A stretch of 64,000 bases of DNA from Acidobacteriota bacterium (GTDB lineage Bacteria > Acidobacteriota > UBA6911 > RPQK01 > CBDAPI01). The notes under the pieces are model-generated. The model saw only the letters and a list, made by a program, of their open reading frames with translations. It made no database searches and was not told where the DNA came from. Every line of letters starts with the position of its first letter. Within the stretch, counting starts at the first letter, position 1. Below, piece by piece: positions 40,243 through 49,471 of this stretch. The stretch spans positions 162,620-226,619 of the forward strand of contig CBDBHK010000035.1 of assembly GCA_965205615.1 (NCBI GenBank). Direction: 5' to 3'. A program made the position numbers and the translations under genes.

Positions 40243-40918
40243 CTTCGTCGCTGGACAACCTCCTGGACTCCCCCGGTTTCAGCCCCTCTAAGCCAAGAGT
40301 ACCTATGGAGATACGGCGCAGCCGCATCACGGGGTGGCGAATGTGCTCGAACATCCTTCGAATCTGCCGATTCTTGCCCTGCCTCAGCGTCACGTTGAGC
40401 CACGTGTTATTCCCCTCGCTGACGACTCTGATCGAGCACGGGGCCAGCCGCTCACCAGAGAGACGGATACCCTTCCGCAGGAGGTTCAGGTGTTTCTCGG
40501 AGGGTTTTCTCCTGACCTTGACCCGGTAACGCTTTTCCACTCCTCCGGCCCTCGTCATCCGCTGGCTCAGCTCACCGTCATTGGTCAAAACCATAAGGCC
40601 TTCGCTGTCATAGTCGAGCCGGCCAACGGGATAGAGACGTACCCTCGCTTTCAGAAAATCCACCACTACCGGGCGCCCTTTCTCATCTCGTACCGAGCTC
40701 AGGACCTGGCGCGGCTTGTTGAAAACGTGGTACTCCAGCCTCTCGGCCCGGATCAGCTTTCCGTCCACTTTGACGTGATCACGTTCAGGGTCGGCGCGGA
40801 CCCCCAGCTTCCGGACGACGCGGCCGTTGACCCGGACTCTCCCGGCCAGGATCAGCTCTTCTGCCCGGCGCCGGGAAGCCACTCCCGCGTGTGCGATAAT
40901 TTTTTGCAGTCTTTCCAT
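40202..40918 (-). CDS. rluB: 23S rRNA pseudouridine synthase
   Basis: MERLQKIIA S4 domain, GRLDYDSEG and GKNRQIRRM motifs; follows scpB. Confidence 0.9.
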   Translation of the reverse strand: MERLQKIIAHAGVASRRRAEELILAGRVRVNGRVVRKLGVRADPERDHVKVDGKLIRAERLEYHVFNKPRQVLSSVRDEKGRPVVVDFLKARVRLYPVGRLDYDSEGLMVLTNDGELSQRMTRAGGVEKRYRVKVRRKPSEKHLNLLRKGIRLSGERLAPCSIRVVSEGNNTWLNVTLRQGKNRQIRRMFEHIRHPVMRLRRISIGTLGLEGLKPGESRRLSSDEVRKLDEESSAKRP

Positions 40919-40999
40919 TCGCCCGAACGGAGCACCCCTACGGAATCCCCGCCTCAACGCCGATCCATTCAGGGATAAAAGCGTTTATTTGTTGGTGCT

Positions 41000-41539
41000 T
41001 TAGGATACATCCTCAAGAATCTCCTGGAACTCTTCTAGAGTGGGAAGATCCTGGAGGTCAGCCAGGCCAAAGTGGAGAAGAAACTCTCGCGTGGTTCCGT
41101 ACATGATCGGCTTGCCTACAACCTTTCGCCGGCCCCGGGTTTCGATCAGACGCTTTTCCAGAAGAGTTCGAATTGTCGACGTGTTCTTGATGCCTCTGAT
41201 TTCCATGATCTCGGGGAGAGTAACAGGCTGTTTATAGGCGATCACGGACAGGGTTTCAAGCGCCGCCAGAGAGAGCTTGGCAGAGGGCTTGGTCTTCAGA
41301 TAAGAACGTACGACCTGGTGATATTCGGGCCTGGTTGTGATCCGGTAACCTCCCGCTACTTCTCGCACCTCCATGGCGGGGATCAGGGCCTTGAAGTCCT
41401 GTCCCAGCCCGTCCAGGGCGCTCGTGAGTTCGATTTCAGAGAGATCGGTGAAAACGTCTCCGAGTTGCTCGGTGGTGACCGGGCCCTCAGCGGCAAAGAG
41501 AATGGCGACAAGCTGATTGCTCAACTCTTCTTTCAACAT
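41000..41539 (-). CDS. scpB: SMC-Scp complex subunit B
   Basis: LSLAALETLSVIAYKQPVT and YGTTREFL.HFGL motifs. Confidence 0.95.
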   Translation of the reverse strand: MLKEELSNQLVAILFAAEGPVTTEQLGDVFTDLSEIELTSALDGLGQDFKALIPAMEVREVAGGYRITTRPEYHQVVRSYLKTKPSAKLSLAALETLSVIAYKQPVTLPEIMEIRGIKNTSTIRTLLEKRLIETRGRRKVVGKPIMYGTTREFLLHFGLADLQDLPTLEEFQEILEDVS

Positions 41540-42279
41540 GCCACGATCCGAATGTCTTCGAAAGCTCCTTTTTGAAACAGTCTGATCTCATCTAGCCTGA
41601 CCAGCTCCAGCAGGGCCACAAAAGTGACTATCAGATGACGCTTGGACAGTCCTCTCTCGAAGAAAAAGGAGAAGTAGACCTCGCTTTGGACTTTGAGAAG
41701 TCCCCGCAGCTCCTTGATCTTATCCTCCAGCGTCACCGTCTCTCGCTCCACTTCTACAGTGATGTTGTCCTTGAAGCGTTCCGCCAGATTGTGAAACGCC
41801 TTGACCAGATCGAACACGGTCGCTGAAACGGCCTCCTTTTCGTCTTCTTCGAACTCGGACTGGCCGCGGGGCCAGACGGCGAGTTCGATCGTCTCCCTGG
41901 AATAAAGCATCTGGGCCGCGTTCTTGAACTTTTCGTGCTCGAGAAGCCTCTCCACCAGTTCGGTTCGCGGGTCTTCTGCTTCTCCGTCCCGTACTGCCGC
42001 TTCATCGACAGGGAGAAGCGTCCTCGACTTGATAAGAATCAGGGTCGACGCCATGACCAGGTATTCGCCGGCCAGATTGACGTTCAGATCCTTCATCGTC
42101 TGGAGGTAGTCAAGGTACTGGTCCGTCACGGTCGCGATGGGAATATCGTAAATATCGAGTTCCTGAACGCGGATGAGGTGGAGAAGAAGGTCGAGAGGAC
42201 CCTCGAAACCTTCGAGCTGAACCTTGTAGTCAAAAACCCCCTGGGGGGGCTTCGAAACTGGGACTGCCTGAGACACCAT
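41533..42279 (-). CDS. scpA: Segregation/condensation protein A
   Basis: FEGPLDLLLHLI, IKSR.LLP and FVALLEL motifs. Confidence 0.95.
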   Translation of the reverse strand: MVSQAVPVSKPPQGVFDYKVQLEGFEGPLDLLLHLIRVQELDIYDIPIATVTDQYLDYLQTMKDLNVNLAGEYLVMASTLILIKSRTLLPVDEAAVRDGEAEDPRTELVERLLEHEKFKNAAQMLYSRETIELAVWPRGQSEFEEDEKEAVSATVFDLVKAFHNLAERFKDNITVEVERETVTLEDKIKELRGLLKVQSEVYFSFFFERGLSKRHLIVTFVALLELVRLDEIRLFQKGAFEDIRIVAC

Positions 42280-42312
42280 CCAAAACGCCGGACCAAGTGA
42301 ACCCGCCGGCAG

Positions 42313-43299
42313 TCAATACTTTAACTGCATAGCCTGACGCGCCTCCTGCAGGGTCCGAGAGGCGATTTCCCGGGCCCGGGCACTGCCTTCCTTGAGGATG
42401 TTCAGCACCGATCCGGGGTCCTTTTGCAGCTCCTTTCTGCGCCTCGAAACGGGCTCGATCCTCGGCAACATTCCATCCAACAGGACTTTCTTGCAGTCAA
42501 AGCACCCAATTCCCGCCGTGGTACAACCCTCGACAACCCACTCCCTTCCCCCATCATCGGTGAATACCTTGTGCAGATCGTAGACCGGGCAGATCTCAGG
42601 ATTTCCGGGATCGTTGCGCCTCACCCGGGCCGGGTCCGTCACCATCGGCATGATTTTCTTCTTGATCTCGGCCGGGTCGTCCGAAAGCCGTATTTCGTTC
42701 CCATAGCTCTTACTCATTTTCCGTCCGTCGGTTCCCGGCAGTCGCGGCGCCCGGGTCAACCGCGCCTGAGGCTCAGGAAAGATGTTCTCAAACAAATGAT
42801 TGAAGCGACGGGCGATCTCACGGGTGAGCTCAATGTGGGAGACCTGATCCTCCCCGACGGGTACGACCTCCCCTTTGTAGATGAGGATATCGGCTGCCTG
42901 CAGGAGAGGATACCCGAGGAAGCCGAATGTCGATAAATCCCTGCCTTTGATCTGCTGGATCTGTTCCTTGTATGTCGGGACTCGCTCGAGCCAGGGAACC
43001 GGACAGAGCATTCCAAACAAAAGCTGCAACTCGGCATGTTCCGGAACGAGTGACTGAATCATCAAAATCGACTTTCCCGGATCCAGTCCGGCGGCCAGCC
43101 AGTCAAGACCGATCTCAACAACGTTCTTGGAGATCTCTTCAACGTCCTGGTATTCGGTGGTTAGAGCATGCCAGTCGACAACCCCGAAGACACAGTCGAA
43201 TTCATCCTGCATCTGAACCCAGTTGTCGAGCGCGCCCACCAGATGGCCCAGATGGAGAGCTCCCGTCGGTCGCATACCACTGAACACTCGTTTCCTCAT
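42313..43299 (-). CDS. trpS: Tryptophan--tRNA ligase
   Basis: SGMRPTG.LHLGH, YPLLQAADIL, PVGEDQ and KMSKS motifs. Confidence 0.97.
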   Translation of the reverse strand: MRKRVFSGMRPTGALHLGHLVGALDNWVQMQDEFDCVFGVVDWHALTTEYQDVEEISKNVVEIGLDWLAAGLDPGKSILMIQSLVPEHAELQLLFGMLCPVPWLERVPTYKEQIQQIKGRDLSTFGFLGYPLLQAADILIYKGEVVPVGEDQVSHIELTREIARRFNHLFENIFPEPQARLTRAPRLPGTDGRKMSKSYGNEIRLSDDPAEIKKKIMPMVTDPARVRRNDPGNPEICPVYDLHKVFTDDGGREWVVEGCTTAGIGCFDCKKVLLDGMLPRIEPVSRRRKELQKDPGSVLNILKEGSARAREIASRTLQEARQAMQLKY

Positions 43300-43390
43300 G
43301 AGCGCTTTATAAATCCAACAGCTCCTCTATGGCAAGTTGTGACGCTTCAATTTCAAGGGACAAGGGCGAAGCCTGGGACGGCAAATCAGA

Positions 43391-43410
43391 GCCCCCGGCG
43401 GAAGCCGGGG
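43391..43410. repeat. Hairpin resembling the IS200 end palindrome
   Basis: CCCCCGGCGGAAGCCGGGGG versus CCCCCGGCAAAGCCGGGGG at about 48825. Confidence 0.55.
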
Positions 43411-43434
43411 GAGGGCGAGGCCCAAGGGCGGGGG

Positions 43435-44091
43435 CTAGGAGGAAAATGGAACCATCCGGTCAATTAGGGCAAAGACCGGGCCCAGAACAGAGTGAAAGGC
43501 ACCACTGAAGAGGAGCATCAGGAGGAGAAGAAAGCCATAGGGTCGGAGCGAGTCCATCACAGCGGCCAGGTTTTCCGGCAGAAGCCCCTGCAGGATCCAA
43601 CTCCCATCCAGTGGCGGAATCGGAAACAGATTGAACACCGCCAGGATCACGTTCAGAATCAAACCCCAGTACAACAGCTCGAAGAGGGGCCGGAGGAGCA
43701 AGTGCGAGGCGATCTCGTAGCGTTCGAACCACCCGCTTAACAGGTAAAGTCCGAGGATGCAGCAGAGAGCTTGAAGGAGATTGCTCACCGGTCCCGCTGC
43801 TGCGATCAGAAGGTGATCCCGGCGCGGATGCGTGAGGTTCATCGTATTGACCGGTACCGGCTTGGCCCAGCCGAAAACCACCCCCCCGGAAACCAGCCCC
43901 AGCAGTGGGAAGAGCAGCGTTCCCACCGGGTCAATGTGAACCAGGGGATTGAGCGAAACTCGACCCAGCGCACGAGCCGTGGGGTCTCCCAAAAGGCTGG
44001 CCGACCAGGCATGGGCCGCCTCGTGGATCGTCAAAGCCACGAGCAGGACGGCCAGGGTCAGAAACGCCCGGGCTAGATCGATATCGTACAC
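43435..44091 (-). CDS. Site-2 protease (M50) family protein
   Basis: HEAAH, AGPVSN and FNLFPIPPLDG motifs. Confidence 0.93.
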   Translation of the reverse strand: MYDIDLARAFLTLAVLLVALTIHEAAHAWSASLLGDPTARALGRVSLNPLVHIDPVGTLLFPLLGLVSGGVVFGWAKPVPVNTMNLTHPRRDHLLIAAAGPVSNLLQALCCILGLYLLSGWFERYEIASHLLLRPLFELLYWGLILNVILAVFNLFPIPPLDGSWILQGLLPENLAAVMDSLRPYGFLLLLMLLFSGAFHSVLGPVFALIDRMVPFSS

Positions 44092-44148
44092 CGGGTCATG
44101 GTAGCACAGAGTATTCGCGATCCCGGCTGCTGCTTTTTCGCGTATCTT

Positions 44149-44184
44149 CTAGCAGTCCGTGGTGGAAATCGCGCGGGTCGCTAG
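44149..44184. repeat. CTAG-bounded mini-repeat
   Basis: CTAGCAGTCCGTGGTGGAAATCGCGCGGGTCGCTAG; the right-hand CTAG supplies the stop of 44181-45032. Confidence 0.75.
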
Positions 44185-45032
44185 CGCTGAAACAGAACTC
44201 GAACGACCATTTCGCCACCGGTCGTCTTTCCCTCCGAGACCGCCGGGAGCAACACCCAGGAGTTGCGTACGACGTCCAGTGCGATCTGGTCCAGCTCCGG
44301 GTCCACACCCTCCTCCACGGACAGATTCACAATGCCGCCCAGGTGGGTGAGCTGAAGGCGAATCCCGACCACCACGGGATCGGGCAGATGACTGAACTTG
44401 GGCAAAAGTCTGTGGGTCGGACTCTTGAGGACTACCGGCCCAAACACCTCCCTTTTCTCGATGAGGCTGGTAATCGGAGAGGCTTCCGGAGTGCCGGCAC
44501 TCAGCCGCTGGCCAAACCCGTGCTGAAAGCCTGCGTCATAGAGAGCCAGCGTCGCATTTTCGGTGTCCAGGTTGACCTTCCCTATCGAGTCGGCAAGCCT
44601 TTCGAACTCCTCAGGGCTCAGGGGCGCCAGCTCGAGAACTCTGGAGCCAACCCGGAGATAGGCGGACTTCGGAGGGGCCCGAAATCGGAAGTTGCCCACT
44701 ACGGAGTAGCCCTTGAACTCACGGGGGGCAAACAGATCGCTGACCTGGTAGATCTGCCCTTCCTCGTCGGCCTCGTCCCGCCTGAACAGATGACCCCTGT
44801 AGCTGTCTCCGCCTGAATCGAGAATCAGGAGATTGCTGGATTCGACGAGTTCATAGTTCGAGCCCAGGTTGATATAGTTGAGGATCGCCTCACCTGCATC
44901 AATGAGCTCTAGAGCGACGACTCTCCGGTTTGAGACATACAGGAAATATTGAACCCCGGTCTGGGCAGCCTGACCCAGGGCGTACCAGCTCGTGGCCATG
45001 AGGATTCCCAGACATACCGTCAGCCTCATCAT
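44181..45032 (-). CDS. Exported protein with a C-terminal TonB-C-like domain
   Basis: Signal peptide; the C-terminus VVVGIRL...LDQIALDVVRNSW..PA..EG resembles TonB_C. Confidence 0.6.
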   Translation of the reverse strand: MMRLTVCLGILMATSWYALGQAAQTGVQYFLYVSNRRVVALELIDAGEAILNYINLGSNYELVESSNLLILDSGGDSYRGHLFRRDEADEEGQIYQVSDLFAPREFKGYSVVGNFRFRAPPKSAYLRVGSRVLELAPLSPEEFERLADSIGKVNLDTENATLALYDAGFQHGFGQRLSAGTPEASPITSLIEKREVFGPVVLKSPTHRLLPKFSHLPDPVVVGIRLQLTHLGGIVNLSVEEGVDPELDQIALDVVRNSWVLLPAVSEGKTTGGEMVVRVLFQR

Positions 45033-45277
45033 TCAAGAACCCTGGTACAGGTGGAAGTGAACCGAATTGTACTTCCTTCACTCGGGCAGCCCGTGGGCTC
45101 CCGAGGTTATTCTATCTCGCCTGCGGCCACGGAGTCGCGTATTCTGGTATCGAAGAATGATGAACAATCAGTCGGCCGATCTCGTCTTAGACTTAGCGGT
45201 CCTGGTGCACGAAAGCGCGCGCGCCTTTTACCACGGACTGCAGGAATAGCCGCCATTTCTCACCGATGGGACCTGAA

Positions 45278-45344
45278 AAGGCCGCCCTGTTTGGTATAAA
45301 GCGTTTTGAATGAACGTTTTCACACGCAAACGGAGGCGGCCCTT
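45278..45344 (+). promoter_or_regulatory. IS leader hairpin with an extended -10 (TGgTATAAA) in the loop and the RBS (GGAGG) in the 3' arm
   Basis: Arms AAGGCCGCCCTGTTTG / CAAACGGAGGCGGCCCTT directly before ATG 45345. Confidence 0.65.
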
Positions 45345-46760
45345 ATGAGAACAGAGTGTAAACAAGCCAGGTTCGAATTTCACGGACTATTTCAACGCAA
45401 AGTGAAGGCGCGGTTCGACGGCGGGAAGATCACCTCCGATGCAGGGGTGCTGCTGTTGCGAGAGGTCGAGAGGGGGACGGGTCTGATCGCCGGACTGGCT
45501 GAGTGTTTCAGGGATCACCGGGATCCGCGGTTGATCGAACACACGGTCGAGGAGTTGTTGGGGCAGCGCATCTACGGACTCTGTCTGGGGTACGAGGATC
45601 TGAACGATCATGATCAGTTGCGCACCGATCCGATGCTGGCGGTGGCGGTGAATAAGGCCGATCCGTTGGGGGAGAGGCGGCGGCAGGCCTCAGATCGGGG
45701 GAAGGCGCTGGCGGGCAGGTGTACGCTGAACCGGTTGGAGTTGACCGGCGCCGAGGTCGATGAGCAGGAGCGGTACAAGAAGATCGCGATGGACCCGGAC
45801 CGGATCGACGGCTGGATGGTGGATGCCTTCGTGGAGTCCCACGAATCGGCGCCCGAGGAGATGGTGCTGGATCTGGATGCGACCGACGACCCGATCCATG
45901 GCCAGCAGGAAGGCCGGTTCTTTCACGGTTACTACCGCCACTACTGTTATCTCCCGCTGTACATCTTCTCGGGGGAGCATCTGCTGTGCGCCCGGTTGCG
46001 GTGTTCCAATATCGATGGGGCCGCGGGATCGGTGGAGGAACTGGAACGGATCGTCGGCCGGATTCGGCAGAGCTGGCCGGAGGTCTCGATCGTCATCCGG
46101 GCCGACTCGGGCTTTTGCCGGGATGACTTGCTCCGCTGGTGTGAAGACCATCACGTGGATTACGTGATGGGGTTGGCCAACAATGATCGGCTCAAGTCAG
46201 AGAGCGCCGAAGCGATGACTCAGGCCGAAGCCGAGTTCAACGCCACCGGGCGACCGGCGCGGGTGTTCAAGGATTTCCGCTACCGGACTCGCCACAGTTG
46301 GACCTCGGAGCGACGCGTCGTCGGCAAGGCCGAGTTCCTGGACAAAGGCGCCAATCCCCGATTCGTCGTCACCTCCCTGTCGCCGGAACGCCTGGGGGCC
46401 CGCGCGCTCTACGAAGACTTCTACTGTGCGCGGGGCGACATGGAGAACCGCATAAAAGAACAGCAGTTGGGTCTGTTCGCCGACCGGACCAGCGCGGCAA
46501 CGATGCGCGCCAATCAACTCCGGCTGTATCTGTCCTCCGCCGCCTACATGCTCATGCACGCCTTGCGTCGTCTCGGACTGAAGCAGACCCCCCTGGCTCG
46601 CGCTCAGTGTCAGACGATTCGCTTGAAGCTCCTCAAGATCGGCGCCCAAGTCCGCCTCACGGTCCGCCACGTCTGGATCTCCATGTCGGAAGCCTATCCC
46701 TACAGCGAGGTCTTCGCTGCCGTCGTTCGAAACCTCCAGGCCATTCCTCTGCGCTGCTGA
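45345..46760 (+). CDS. IS1380-family DDE transposase
   Basis: FDGG.ITSDAG, GYEDLNDHD.LR.DP, LDLDATDD, RADSGF and Y..RG.MENRIKE motifs. Confidence 0.95.
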   Translation: MRTECKQARFEFHGLFQRKVKARFDGGKITSDAGVLLLREVERGTGLIAGLAECFRDHRDPRLIEHTVEELLGQRIYGLCLGYEDLNDHDQLRTDPMLAVAVNKADPLGERRRQASDRGKALAGRCTLNRLELTGAEVDEQERYKKIAMDPDRIDGWMVDAFVESHESAPEEMVLDLDATDDPIHGQQEGRFFHGYYRHYCYLPLYIFSGEHLLCARLRCSNIDGAAGSVEELERIVGRIRQSWPEVSIVIRADSGFCRDDLLRWCEDHHVDYVMGLANNDRLKSESAEAMTQAEAEFNATGRPARVFKDFRYRTRHSWTSERRVVGKAEFLDKGANPRFVVTSLSPERLGARALYEDFYCARGDMENRIKEQQLGLFADRTSAATMRANQLRLYLSSAAYMLMHALRRLGLKQTPLARAQCQTIRLKLLKIGAQVRLTVRHVWISMSEAYPYSEVFAAVVRNLQAIPLRC

Positions 46761-46994
46761 GGTCTGTCCCGATCAAACGCCCCCAAAAACGAAATCGTTC
46801 CATCGCTCAGGCCGAGCTCTGCCTGAATACATTCCGTCACGCTCTTCCGAACCCGAAAAACGCTCCATTCACGACCCTCCACACCACCGCATCACTCGAC
46901 CTGGACCGGATCGATAGCGAAACTCTCAGAAAACCGTTCCGGCCTGCCAAAATCACCTTCATTTCCAAATCGGTGATCTATGCGGGATAGTGCC

Positions 46995-48781
46995 GTGAGT
47001 GGCCGTCTGATTCGTCTGTTTTCATTTCTCTGCCTTCTGGCCACCGGCACAACTCTGCCGGGAAACCAGCCCTCTCAGGACCGCAAGGAGAGCGTCTTTG
47101 ACGCATCTCCCGGGAATACGATAGTGGTCCAGAATGACTACGGTCGAATTCGAATCTCGAGGGCAACCGGGCGTCAGGTCAGGGTCTCCACGAGAAGAAT
47201 CGCGGCCAGCGACAAGCGCCTCGAGAACATCGCTATTCTGGCCCGAAAAGTGTCATCGAAAATTTCCCTGAGTGCCTTTTACTTCGACTACCATTCTGAG
47301 TCTGTCTACTTCGACGTCGAGGTGCCTCCCTTCGTTAATGTAGCGATCTGGGGAGCCAACCCGGCCGTCGAGATTTCCGGCATTGATGGATACGTTCGGG
47401 TGTTTACCCAGACTGGTCTGATAACGGCACAGGACCTTATTTCCTCTGTTTCCCTGACCACCGAATCGGGAGATATTGTGTTCCGGGGTCGTCGCCAGCC
47501 AGAGGGTGACATCCGACTGGAGTCGATTCGGGGAGAAGTGCGATGCGAACTGGTGGAAGACCTCAACCTGCGGGGTTGGCTGCGCGCCGGAGGCCTCCTC
47601 TCGTGGAACTCTGAGGTTGAGCTCGAGAACGGTCAACTGGAACGCCAGCGCGGCATCGGAGGGCCGCTCGTGCTGGCTGCGAGCCAACAGGGAACGGTCC
47701 GGGTGCAGCTCAGCCAGAGACCCCCCCCGGCGATTCGTCCCCTTCTCCCGACCCACCCGAGTCGGCGCCTCCCTTCCCCGACAGCCGTACTCGAGCGGCG
47801 GATGCGCCCGTCAACGAGCGCCCTCCGGTGAGGGCCGAGAGGCGGGATCCTTCGCCCCCCGAGTCGCCGCCCGCTCACCCCTCAATTCCCGCTTCACCAG
47901 ACCCGGCAATGGGGGAGTTCTCAGTCAAAGTCGATGTCAATTGGATCTACCTGAACGTTTCCGTGCGGGATCGCACCACCAACCGTAGTATTCCCGATCT
48001 CCGCAGGGAGGACTTCCTGGTCTACGAGGACTCCCAGGTTCAACAGATCGAACAGTTCCAGTCAACGGACGTCCCCTTCAGCATTCTGCTGCTCCTCGAT
48101 GTGAGCGCAAGTACCGAAGAGTACGTCAATGATGTCAGGACCGCAGCAATCGAATTCCTCAGAAGCATGAGGTCCGACGACCGCATTGCGATCGCCATTT
48201 TCAACTCGAATACCTACCTGCTGCACGGCTTTACGAGCAACCACGGCCGACTGGAGAGGCAGACTCGCCACATTCGCACGGGCGGAGGGACTGCCTTTTA
48301 CGATGCCCTCGACGTTTCCGTGAACGATTACATGTACGGAGAGGAAGGGCGCAAGGCCGTCGTCGTGTTCACGGATGGGGTCGACGGGCAGTTGATCCGA
48401 CAGCGCAGCAGCGGATCCCGGATCACTTTCCACGAGCTGTACCGGTCCATTCAGGAAACCGAATCGATCATTTATACGATCTTTCTAGACACGCAGAATC
48501 ACGGGGGGCGCGGAGGCCCAAGAGTCTATGAGATGGCCCACCACCAGATGCAGACCATCGCCGACCAGACCGGAGGACGCTTCTACGGACCCAACAGCAT
48601 TTATGACGTCCAGCGGATGTTCGAAGAGATCGCGGACGACCTCCGTGTCCAGTACCTGATTGCTTACAACTCTACGAATACGAACAACGACGGATCCTGG
48701 CGCAAAATCAGGATCCGGATTCGTGACAGCCGCGATTGGGTACCCCGCACTCGCAGAGGCTACTACGCGCCCAAGGGGTAG
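46995..48781 (+). CDS. Secreted DUF4097-like beta-repeat + Pro-rich linker + VWA protein, frameshifted at C8 (47721-47728)
   Basis: One extra C joins ORF 46980-47831 to ORF 47828-48781 through PPPGDSSPSPDPPES. The VWA part has MIDAS DVSAS, FTDG and RTRRGYYA. Confidence 0.78.
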
Positions 48782-48817
48782 GGGTTACTGGTTACCGGTA
48801 ACCACCTACCACCCAAG

Positions 48818-49467
48818 TAAGTATCCCCCGGCAAAGCCGGGGGCTTTAATCTTGTGAGCCGCTCAAAGCGGACTTGACGTTGCCGCTACCGCGGCCACTT
48901 GTGCCACCTACAGGTGGCTTGGCTACAGCAGCCTGAGCTGATCCTGGCGACGATCTTCTGCTTCTTGCCGCCGGATATACTCACGAATCACTTTCTCATC
49001 CCGACCCACCGTCGATACGAAGTATCCGCGAGCCCAGAAGTGCTGTCCAACAAAGTTACGCCGACTCTCTGAAAAGTTCCTCGCAATGTGGATGGCGCTT
49101 TTCCCTTTGATGTACCCGATCACCTGCGCCACAGAAAACTTTGGCGGAATCGAGATCATCACGTGCACGTGATCCGGCAGCAGGTGGCCCTCTTCAATCA
49201 AGCTTTCCTTCTGCCCAGCCAACCGTCGCAGCACCTGACCGAGATGTCTGCGCAGCTCCCCATAAATCAACTTCTTGCGGTACTTGGGGATGAACACCAC
49301 ATGGTACTTACACTCCCATTTTGTATGCTGTAAGCTCTTGTAGTTACTCATAAAACTCCTTTTCGTGATGCTTTGCTCGGCTCACGGAAGGGAGTTTTTT
49401 CACCTATTCCCGGAACTGTCAAACTCTGGCTGCCTCCCCGGCAGAGCCGGGGGGACTCCTTACGGGT
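48818..49467 (-). mobile_element. IS200-type element (tnpA only); ends approximate
   Basis: Subterminal hairpins CCCCCGGCAAAGCCGGGGG (about 48825) and CCCCGGCAGAGCCGGGG (about 49436) flank tnpA. Confidence 0.85.
48923..49351 (-). CDS. tnpA: IS200/IS605 Y1 HUH transposase
   Basis: KYHVVFIPKYR, DHVH (HUH), KGKS, FWARGY and EYIRRQ (catalytic Tyr) motifs. Confidence 0.95.
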   Translation of the reverse strand: MSNYKSLQHTKWECKYHVVFIPKYRKKLIYGELRRHLGQVLRRLAGQKESLIEEGHLLPDHVHVMISIPPKFSVAQVIGYIKGKSAIHIARNFSESRRNFVGQHFWARGYFVSTVGRDEKVIREYIRRQEAEDRRQDQLRLL

Positions 49468-49471
49468 CTAG

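Larger units (their letters stand above)
45250..46986 (+). mobile_element. IS1380-family element, copy 2 (intact, ATAG target duplication)
   Basis: Same IRs and 1737-bp length as copy 1; ATAG at 45246-45249 and 46987-46990. Confidence 0.95.

Noticed and set aside
43300-43434. T-box riboswitch upstream of trpS
   Set aside because: The region is too short and no T-box consensus is seen; the only structure is the GC-rich hairpin.
45067-45249. Small ORF ending at the IS1380 copy 2 target
   Set aside because: No recognisable features, and its 3' part is a degenerate mini-repeat.
24755-45250. Composite transposon formed by IS1380 copies
   Set aside because: Each copy has its own matching target duplication, indicating independent insertions.
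45307-45326. Variable IS1380 patch as a bridge-RNA-like guide matching its insertion site
   Set aside because: By eye I found no complementarity to the three flanks, and copies 1 and 2 share the patch but have different targets. It is kept only as an open question in the findings.
48818-49467. TnpB/IscB RNA-guided nuclease linked to the IS200 element
   Set aside because: The element is about 650 bp and holds only tnpA between its hairpins.
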